Below, piece by piece: positions 37,856-47,189 of a stretch of 64,000 nucleotides of DNA. The notes beneath the pieces are model-generated. The model had not been told where the DNA came from, ran no database searches, and saw nothing but the letters and a program-made list of their open reading frames with translations. Each line of letters begins with the position of its first letter. Position 1 is the first letter of the stretch. Position numbers and translations under genes: made by a program. Source of the DNA: Mobula hypostoma (taxonomy: Eukaryota). The stretch spans positions 37,138,001 to 37,202,000 of the forward strand of contig NC_086102.1 in the NCBI RefSeq assembly GCF_963921235.1, given 5' to 3'.

Positions 37856-39190
37856 ATAATATCAGTATTTATCACTCTTCCTAAGAAACCTGGAGCAATA
37901 GAATGTGAATTACATAGGACCATAAGTTTAATGAATCGTATCACCAAGACACTTCTAAGAATTTTGATGACAAGAACTAAAAGTAAGATGCAAGCTGAAA
38001 TAGGTAAAGAACAATGTGGTTTTGTGAAAGACAAAGGTACAAGAAACGCAATATTGATGTTAAGGATACTATCAGAACGAGCTATTCAAGTGCAAAAAGA
38101 TTTGCTTGTTTTATCAACTACACAAAAGCATTTGATAAAGTGAAGCATAATAAGTTATTTGAAAAATTACAGGAAACTCTAGATCTAGATTCGAAAGACC
38201 TCCACCTAATCAGAAGTCTGTACTGCGAACAAACTGTTGCTGTAAGAATAGATGGAGAAGTGTGTCAGTTCACAAAAATCAAGAAAGGCGTTAGACAAGG
38301 GTGTGTTTTCTCCCCTGATTTATTTAATGTGTACAGTGAAACAATATTACAAAAAATAGGAGACATCTTGGGAATCAAAGTTGGCGGTGAAAACATCAAT
38401 AATTTCAGATATGTGGATGACACTGTGTGAATTGCAAGTACAGAGGAAGAACTACAAAACTTAATTGATATAGTTGTTGAAGAAAGTGCAAAAATGGGTC
38501 TATCTATCAATTGCAAAAAGACAATGTATGGTGATATCCAAAAAGAAGAATCCCATCTGCAGGCTGAAAATAAACGGGGAAGACATAAAACAAGTAAAGA
38601 ACTTTTGCTACTTCGGAAGCTGGGTGATCAGATGGCAGATGCGACATGGACATCAAAAGAAGAATAGGGATGGCAAAAGGCACCTTTATGAGAATGAAGA
38701 GTATACCGACCAACACTAAACTAGGCATGACAACCTGCCTCAGTGTACTGAAATGTTACATTAATCCAGTTATGTTATATGGATCAAAATGTTGGACAAT
38801 ATCTAGTAACATGAGGAAACAAATTGAAGGGGCAGAGATGTGGTTTTTGAGGAGGGTGTAAAGAATATCATGGATGAAATGAATATCTAACGAGGATGTC
38901 ATGAACAGAGCAAGCACAAAAGGGAAATAATGTATGAGATCATGAAACAGCAACGTAACTTCATTGGACATGTGATTAGGGAAGCGGAGTTAGAACGCAT
39001 GGTAATTATGGGAACGATTGAAGGGAAGAAAGCAAAAGGAAGGCAAAGACAGATGATGATGGAGACAGCAGCCAGAGAACTGGAAACGAATACCAATGAA
39101 TTGATCCACTTGACACAAAACGGGAGTGTGTGGGCCATGGCAGTCAAAGCTCAAATGGGGCGGGCACGGCACTTGATGATGATGGTGATG
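37856..39190 (+). mobile_element. RTE (BovB-like) LINE, 5'-truncated, with TSD
   Basis: RT motifs RTISLMNRITK, EQCGF, YTKAFDKV, RQGCVFSPDLFN and FRYVDD; (GAT)n tail; 8-bp flanking duplication ATATATCT at 37848-37855 and 39191-39198. Confidence 0.88.
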
Positions 39191-40777
39191 ATATATCTGG
39201 CGGCAGAGATTCTGAATACAATTAAGCTTTGTTTTATTTAATCAGTAAAGCTTCTAGTTACCGTTATTTTTTTTGCAACTGTTGAACTTTCATGGGGTTT
39301 GAGTTAAAATACACTGCCATCCTACTAAGTACGATCAAAGAGAGTGCTGCTTCACAGTCCCTCTGTGTTCTCCAGTCTGAACACTCAGGGTACTCTCAGG
39401 CTGCAGGCTGTTGTGCCGGGAAGCCGGCGCAGACTCCAGCCATACGCGGACAGCCCCGCGGCTCTGTGCGGCGATGCTGCGCGGGAAGGGGCGCCTTGAG
39501 CCCAAGCCGAGTGGCTTCTCAGACAGGGGAGGTAAACCTTGCGTCCGCCGGCACAGTGAGTGTGAGCGTTACTGGGAATCCCTGTTCTTTACATTGACAC
39601 AGGCCACCTGGATCCCCTTACAAATGCGTGGATCCAGAACGGCAACGGAACAGTATGAGCCATGGTACAAGCTGGGCAATGACTCGAGACCAAAAAAAAC
39701 ATGCTCACTCCAAAGGTCGCGGGAAAAAGAGCGAGCCCACCGCGAAGAGGAGGCTCAATCAATTCGTGCAGGATCAATTGGCCGCATGCGCACTCGCCAC
39801 ATTCTCGCAATCAATCGGATACGGTTCACGTCCTACTGCCATTTCTCTCAGTAGTGCAATGGGTTTCTGGGAAGCTGCTCTCTCCCGTTACTCTGTGCTG
39901 GGGGGAGCTAGACGGCCAAACAAAGAGGGAGACGGCAGCATCTGTCACACCTAACCAGTGATGACAGACACTGTAGGTTCTGGGAACACATGATCAGGTA
40001 CTGCCCGTTCCCATAGCGTTGGCCTGTACCTACTCTGCCGGCCAGGGTGCAGTCCTGCACCCCCAGATCTCAGTCTGATCAGATGCACCAGTCTCCCCAG
40101 CCTGCCAGCAGCAGTACTCACAGGCGGGCTCTCCGCACCCAACTGGTGGGGACTCGTCAATGAAGGTTAGAGTGATGATTCTATCCATGTTCTTGGGAAT
40201 GCATCCTGAGCAGTGAGATGCTGGAATACACAATCGGATGTGCAAGAGAATCTCTTGCTCTTTCAAGCAAGTGCTTTCAATGTCCGTAGCGTCTTCTGGC
40301 TCAACATTAAAACTGCCACTTGCATTTACACTGTAAATGGTGTCAGTGGAACGCTGGGGATGGTGCAGGGATCGTGCTTAAAGCACAGAGGGGAGATCTA
40401 CCTGACATTTTGGTCACCGAATGAGAAGAAATAAGGGATAAAACACAGGAATAGATGCAATTGCAAATTGAAATGAATGAATGAAAATAAATATTCGTGG
40501 GCATAGAGAGAAAAAAAGAAATGCTTGTTCCTGTCTGCATCAAACAACAGTGACTTGGTGCTCATGGAAAATGGACGGGATATTGACCATGTGGATTGAA
40601 AAACAATCCTCTAGCGAGATCCAAGAGGCAGTTCAAATCATACGGGGGAGGGGGGCCTGTCCTGAAATAGCAGCAGAGTGGGCGAGAGAGTGATACATTT
40701 CCATCTACTGGATAGAAGCTGCTTGCCGAAATATTTTTTGCTAGTCACAACTGTTTTCAATCTAAATCAAAGTTGAG

Positions 40778-40837
40778 TTTATTGTCATTTGCACCTCCCT
40801 GGTGTATTCAATAGTAACAATACAACGTTATTCTTAC
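40778..40837 (-). other. C1 read-through tail ([17 protein letters not shown]-stop) plus AATAAA: candidate secreted-isoform end
   Basis: The frame stays open past the C1 donor to TGA at 40787-40785. AATAAA follows at 40783-40778. Confidence 0.45.
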
Positions 40838-41143
40838 CTCCAAGTTGGACAGAAATGTATTGGACAATAGGTTTAGAGAGCCTTGAGTGGTTCACCTGAC
40901 AGGAATAATTCCCACCATCACTCCAGTCAGATACAGACAGATTCAGGAAGCTTGCCATGGAGAACGAGCCGTCGCTATTAGAATAGAGGGGCCCATCCTC
41001 TGTCCCGTTGGTGATCAACTGTCCATCTCTAAACCAGGACACTTGAATGTTGCCCGGGTAGAACTCCACTGATGTGCAGTTGAGCTGTACTCTAGCGTTA
41101 GGGGCAGGCAGGGGCTCAGCTTTCAGGTAAACCCTTGGGAAAG
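40838..41143 (-). CDS. IgSF V-C1 receptor gene, C1-set exon
   Basis: tttgttttcag|CT...G|gtaaga; 306 nt open, phase 1-1. C1 hallmarks: LNCTSVEFYPGNIQVSWFRDG, NSDGSF and YSCQVNHSRL. Confidence 0.93.
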
Positions 41144-41529
41144 CTGAAAAACAAATACAAAAATTAATTCCATTGTCCACGCTACCTTGCATCATTTCCC
41201 AGTGTTGCTTCAGTGAAGTTTACAAAATGCTCTGCAGTGAGATCATTATTCCAAATCCAACTTCAGAAAAAAGCAGAAAATATTGGAAATGTCCATAAGG
41301 TGAGTGAGCTCCAGTGAAGGAGGAAGGGACGAGAACCAATTGCTCAAGGGTAAATTGGGTGCACTCACCAAGCACATTTCTAAAAGCTTCAGATTCATAT
41401 TCTGTGCCCTGAAGATGGATTTTGCTGGCCAGGATTGCCCGTGATCTGGCAGCAAGCCAACAATGATGACAGAACCTCTAGCAACATAACTGATGGATTT
41501 GGGCAGGCCTGTCCAGGAAATATTTGACA

Positions 41530-42150
41530 AACACAGTAGTACAACCAGTAAGCAACACACATCAAAGTTGCTGGTGAACGCAGCAGGCCAGGCAGCATCT
41601 CTAGGAAGAGGTACAGTCGATGTTTCAGGTCAAGACCCTTTGTCAGGACTAACTGAAGGAAGAGGTAGTAAGAGATCTGTTAGTCCTGACGAAGGGTCTC
41701 GGCCTGAACCGTCAACTGTACCTCTTCCTAGAGATGCTGCCTGGCCTGCTGCGTTCACCAGCAACTTTGATGTGTGTTGCTTGAATTTCCAGTATCTGCA
41801 GTATTCCTGTTGTTTGCATTTTTAGTACAACTAGTAAGTCCACTGACTGACATGCTAGAGAACCAGTTTCAATCCTGATCTTGGGTGCTGTTTGGGTGTG
41901 AAGTTTGCACATTCTCCCCGTGAACACATGGATTTCTTCCAGGTGCTTTGGTTTCCTCCCACATTCAAAGGTCATGGTTCTGTACATTAATTAGCTACTG
42001 TAAATTGCCCTAATATATACAGTAGGTGAGAGAATCTGAAGGAAACTGAAGAAAATTTGCAGAGAATAAAAACGGGATTACTAAAGAATTAGAATAAAAG
42101 GGTGGGGTCAGCATGGACTCAATGGGCTGAAGGGCCTGTTTTCAGGCTGT
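41530..42150 (+). mobile_element. tRNA-derived V-SINE/HE1-like SINE interrupted by a PLE insertion
   Basis: tRNA-like head then gtgaagtttgcacattctccccgtg...ggtttcctcccacattc core and a CR1-like 3' end. Confidence 0.7.
41553..41822. mobile_element. Short PLE insertion with inverted 5' end
   Basis: Arms 41553-41653 and 41679-41779 are inverted copies of the PLE terminus; flanked by TAGTACAAC(C/T)AGTAAG at 41537-41552 and 41823-41838. Confidence 0.85.
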
Positions 42151-43213
42151 ACCTTTCCACAATTCTTTGACTCCTTTAACTCTGGCTTTTGTTGAGAGTT
42201 CCAATCCTCAACATTCAAAATCAGTTTTACAATTATTGAAATAAATAATTTGTCACAAAACAGTACGCATTATTTTAAATAATACTTTAAACACATAAAG
42301 TAATTAAAGCATATAAGTTATGCAACTTGCTTACTTACTTTTTTCTTCCCTTCCTTACTTTGCAGTCATGCTGAGTTTCAATAGGTGAGCAGATTCCATA
42401 ATGTAAGCGCCATGGGATCTCAGCAAGCTTTTACTCTGCTATTGAACCCTGTGGGGAGCTGGGCTGCTGGGGGGCTGCTGAAAAGGTTTAGCAGCATTCA
42501 GCTAACAGGTTCATGACTCCAGGGACCCTAAACCTTACAGCCATTAATGAATGGATGAGTGAGTAACTGGCAAAACCTTGCAATATGGGCTAATGTAACC
42601 AGACGCTTGTCTGTCTAGTGTATTATGCAGTGAAAAGTAAGAAATTCATCTGGTATCCATTTGTCCCTCAGCTATGAAAAACTCATTAACTAGCCCTCTA
42701 TGCACTGTCATTGTGGGATGTTGCTTCATTTAATCTAATTGCTGCGATATCCTATACACAACAGAGATCACACTTCAACAGATGATCCAAAGGATGAGAA
42801 GCACAAATGGGCACTTATACTCACAAGTCATTCTGATCACAAATCAAACTCACTGATTTAGCTGACTGAAAGAAAATTGTGGACAAACTTTGACCCTGTG
42901 AGAAGTTTGGTGAAGCCGGGCATGAAGATTGCCAACCTGTTATCCTGGTGCACTTGGAGATTTGACTCTTGTTCATGTACAGAGAAACCAGCACAACCTG
43001 CCATCTCTGGGAGACAGGAATATTGGGCAACCTCTTGGCCAAGGAAAAGTGGGGCAATCATAGAGCAAAATGGATGGGGATCAGGTCTGGCTGATCCCGG
43101 AGGAGCAACTACCAGTGCTACAAAGAGGAGCATCAAATCACCTGTCCTTATTGTTACTCCTTTCAAACGTTTGTGTTACCTTGTTCTATGGGCTGTTAAT
43201 CAGATAAACTCAC

Positions 43214-43579
43214 CTTCCACTGTTAAGTTGGTGCCTTTTCCCTCTATGCCTTGTACCGGAGGGGGTATTTGAAAGAAAACCCGGCAGAAGTAAATGTCAG
43301 AATCACTCAACTGAAGATTGTAGATTGTTAATATAAACAAATTCATTGAGGTGTCCAAATTAATGTTGGTACGTTGTATACAATGGCATTGAGTATAATT
43401 TATCATATTTCTATTGAAAATATAATCACAAAGCTTCTGTGCAGAGTTATTTCTTCGCCATTCAATCAACAATTGCTCATAGTTTTCATGGCTGTAGGAA
43501 CAATTTATTTTCACTGTCTGTCCTTTCAGTGCGTTTATCATGAACGGTGTCTGGGAAACCATCAGATTTTGGTATTTTC
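43214..43579 (-). CDS. IgSF V-C1 receptor gene, V-set exon with germline-joined J-like motif
   Basis: tttctgtctcaag|GA...G|gtgagt; 366 nt open, phase 1-1. Shows Q-T-P A strand, B-strand Cys (INCSY), C-strand Trp, LTIYNLQLSDSDIYFC and a GKGTNLTV G strand. Confidence 0.93.
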
Positions 43580-43929
43580 CTTGAGACAGAAATAAACAGA
43601 ATTAATTTGTGCAGAAAGGCCAGCATTAATAATTTGTGTATTATATATTACTACATTTCAACCCGGCGTGAGTTCATCTTCAGTACAGCTCCTTGTGCTA
43701 TGCCATGTTTGCATTTCAGCGCTGGGGCTAAGTGTCGCAGTGGACTGGCTGCAGCAGCCGTACTGCAAGGTGGTGTGGTGCAAGAGTATTTCTTATACCA
43801 AAGTAAACTTCATTCATAATAAAAAGTATTTACAAGAATAAATAGTGTAATGCCTGTTCATTCTTACATTTCTAGTCAATGTGTTGAGTGGTGTTAATTT
43901 ACATCTTCTTAACACCAATAGGATGGCTA

Positions 43930-45600
43930 CCACTGATGTGGCCCTCTGGGGCGGAACTATACTACAATAATTGAGCGACTTCCTCACCTGACCTGGGCCC
44001 TCCCTGTCCAGCAGTGGAGGAACCCCACACTGTGGCCCTCCCCTACTGTAGAGGCTGCCCCAGGAAGTGTTCCTCAGCATATACTCCTGCAACCTGGAGT
44101 GTGCCTGCTGGAGGCATTCCCCCACAGACATCTCGATGTGCTGGCATACTGACAAGTTTCAGGTAGACCAAAGGGGGTCTTTTGTTGAGTTGCTGATCTT
44201 CCAGCAGCACCTGGTGTCGATCAGTGCGTGTCTCCCTGGGAACAGCCCGTAGATGAGAGCGTCCTCTGTCACACAGCTGCCCAGGATGAACCGTGACTCA
44301 GGCCCTTGCATCTTCCTCCATACACTCTTCGCAAACCCACAGTCCGCAAAGAGGCGAACTACCTTCTCATCCCCACTAAAGCACACAGTGAGAGCGATGC
44401 TCCAGGCATACATGAAGGGTCGTCCTGGAAGGGATCCTACTGTCAGCCAGGAAGGGTGCTGGTGCCTGTTGGTGAGGTCTAGCAATGAGGCATTCTGTCG
44501 GATGGTCTGAGTGTCTGCTTAGGGAACCACCCCACTGTGTCCAATGAGTACTTCTGCAATGTCTGCAGGGCATTCCATTTTGGCTACTGCCTAATTGCCT
44601 TGTAGTCAAAGGCATTGGTCTGGAAAAACTTCCACAAAGAACGGGTGGTGTAGCAGCATCCAGCTAACTGGAACATTGCACAGCCATGGGGCAAGACCCA
44701 TCCTTCGACAGGTAGCTCTACTTGGCACCCACATACTTCGATTCCACATGCACCTGGATGCACACACACACATGAAGCATAGAAACATAGAAAATAGGTG
44801 CAGGAGTAGGCCATTCGGCCCTTCGAGCCTGCACCGCCATTTATTATGATCATGGCTGATCATCCAACTCAGAACCCTGCACCAGCCTTCCCTCCATACC
44901 CCCTGATCCCCGTAGCCACAAGGGCCATATCTAACTCCCTCTTAAATATAGTCAATGAACTGGCCTCAACTGTTTCCTGTGGCAGAGAATTCCACAGATT
45001 CACCACTCTCTGTGTGAAGAAGTTTTTCCTCATCTCGGTCCTAAAAGGCTTCCCCTTTATCCTCAAACTGTGACCCCTCGTTCTGGACTTCCCCAACATC
45101 GGGAACAATCTTCCTGCATCTAGCCTGTCCAATCCCTTCAGGATTTTATACGTTTCAATGAGATCCCCCCTCAATCTTCTAAATTCCAATGAGTACAAGC
45201 CCAGTTCATCCAGTCTTTCTTCATATGAAAGTCCTGCCATCCCAGGAATCAATCTGGTGAACCTTCTTTGTACTCCCTCTATGGCAAGGATGTCTTTCCT
45301 CAGATTAGGGGAAGGTGGTGTGAGGGCAGCATTAGGTATGTCTTTGCCTCCATTGTCCATCGATGTGTGTTTCATGACCTGTCTGATTGGCTCCATCTTG
45401 GATCCCCAGGTGATTTCCAAGATGGATAAGCGGTGGATAGGTCACACCTGCGAGTCTGAGAGCACCTCACACATGATGACCAGATTCTTCCCCATTATTG
45501 AGAGGGAATGTACTCTCCACACTCTCAATTTCTGTTTTACCTTTCCAATCCACTCCAGCCAATTCTTCACCAGATCTCAGGCTTCACCCTGAGGACCATT
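43930..45600 (-). mobile_element. Tx1/L1-clade LINE ORF2 C-terminal fragments, interrupted
   Basis: LTNRHQ...W...DEKVVRLFADCGFAKSVWRKMQ...LIYGLFPG is the zf-RVT-type C-terminus. A CR1 is inserted within it. Confidence 0.75.
44775..45312 (-). mobile_element. Young CR1 3' fragment nested in Tx1
   Basis: Open peptide LRKDILAIEGVQRRFTRLIPG...RKNFFTQRVVNLWNSLP and a (catagaaa)n tail. Confidence 0.9.
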
Positions 45601-45739
45601 GTGATTTCTTGTTGGAAGACTGCTGCTCTTAAATTTATTGAACTATTTTTATATGTCCCTGAGCAGAGGTAGGGTAACTGGCCTTGTTGTTCAGAGAGTT
45701 ATGTTTCAATAGTTATAATGCTTTTCAGTGAGATATAGG

Positions 45740-46560
45740 TCAGATGGAAAGTTGGGCAGACCATCTGCAGATGGAATTTAATCCTGACACGCATGAAGTG
45801 ATGCACTTTGGGAAGTCAATTAGGGATAAGACATACACTGTAGAGCAATTGGTGGGTCTCTAAGAAACAGGTCTCTGAGATGTACAGAGAGACCTTGGTC
45901 CAAGTTCTTAGTTCCTTGAAAGCGGCACCATAGGTCTTGAAGAAAGTACATGGCATGCTTGCCTTCATAGGTCAGGGTACAGAAACATAGGGCTGGGATG
46001 TTATATAGCATCTTTACAAAATACTGCTTAAGCCACATTTGGAGTAGTGTTGCCAATCTTTTGGAAGGAAGGATTTCATTGCATTGGAGAGGGTTTAGAG
46101 GAGACTCACCAGGATGCTCCCTGGATTGGAGGACTTTAGTCTGAGGAGAGACTGGATACAATGGGTTTATTTTCCCAGGAGCAAAAGAAGCTGGGGGTGG
46201 GGAGGTCAGAAGGTGGCCTTATAAAAGCATAAAAGATAATGAAAAGCATAGACGGGGTAGGTAATCAGATTTTTTTTCCCTATTGTAAGGTATCAAAAAC
46301 CATATGCCATTGTTTTAAGGTGAGGGTTAGAAGGATTAAATGGAATTTGAGAGGGAAGTTGTTCATACGGAGAGTGGTTGATATCTGAAATATCCTCATT
46401 AAGGAGGTAGTGGAATTACATATACTTACTATAAGAAACATTCACAATGAACTTTGAATAGGAAAAGCATAGAAGGATACAGTCCTAATGCAGGCAAATG
46501 GGATTAGTGTGGATAGACACAAAGCCCAACAAGGACAGGATGGGAAGAAGGGTCTGTTTA
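45740..46560 (+). mobile_element. CR1 LINE 3' fragment
   Basis: gcagatggaatttaatcctgac...gtgatgcactttggg through a typical CR1 3' end. Confidence 0.8.
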
Positions 46561-46836
46561 TGTGTTTCTTTTCTCTTTGAAATAGACTCTATGAAATATT
46601 ATTGACCTTAAGTTGTTTCTTCATCCACACCTGTTATCTGACCTGTTGAGAATTATTATCACCCCATCTGCTTAAATTTGTCATGCTGACTAAAGTTTCT
46701 GAAAGAGTATCAGTCAAATGTTTCAGGTGGAGCTTCCACTTCAACGGAAAGCTTAAAGGAGTCAGTTTTAAAACCTTCATTCACAGTGTCCAAAACTCCA
46801 CACACAGGAACCAGCTGACATTGTAAGCTCCCTTAC

Positions 46837-46894
46837 CTTCACTGAGAAGGGAACGTAGTAAAATAAGAAGCAATTGCTTTCCCAGTGCAGACAT
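46837..46894 (-). CDS. IgSF V-C1 receptor gene, exon 1 (signal peptide)
   Basis: ATG at 46894; MSALGKQLLLILLRSLLSE plus G|gtaagg. 58 nt, phase 1, in frame with the V exon. Confidence 0.82.
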
Positions 46895-46951
46895 TACTGA
46901 TGAGTTTTCTAAACAAAATAGAAAAGGAAACGATAAAAGCACAGAATTTCA

Positions 46952-46961
46952 GTTACGTAAT
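46952..46961. promoter_or_regulatory. PAR/E4BP4(NFIL3)-type bZIP site upstream of the IgSF gene
   Basis: GTTACGTAAT matches RTTAYGTAAY, 58 bp 5' of the ATG. GATAA (46932) and AGGAAA (46925) lie nearby. Confidence 0.35.
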
Positions 46962-47189
46962 TACAGTGAAGATTGCCTGGGTGTATCTCAATTACCTAAT
47001 ACATTTTTCCCATTAGAGCGGTGGATTGATTAATTCATCAGATGAAAGGAGACACTGTGACATAACATTGGAATCACAACCCAGTTATTTGTTAGATGCT
47101 ATAACATGATGTTAATTACTCATTTATTCAAATTGTAAATGGCAAATAAGTCATGGGACAAAGTGTCTCCTATCTCCTGTTTATTCTGC

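Noticed and set aside
37733-39949. Idea that an LTR end (TTACA) donated the TM-exon acceptor
   Set aside because: No matching target-site duplication at the two putative ends.
43200-43213. V-only secreted isoform by read-through (EGEFI-stop)
   Set aside because: No canonical poly(A) signal nearby, and the donor GTGAGT is strong.
43150-47100. Recombination signal sequences (rearranging TCR/Ig locus)
   Set aside because: V and J motifs are in one exon. Heptamer-like CACAGTG/CACTGTG at about 39551, 44384 and 47055 lack a correctly spaced nonamer, and there is no segment array.
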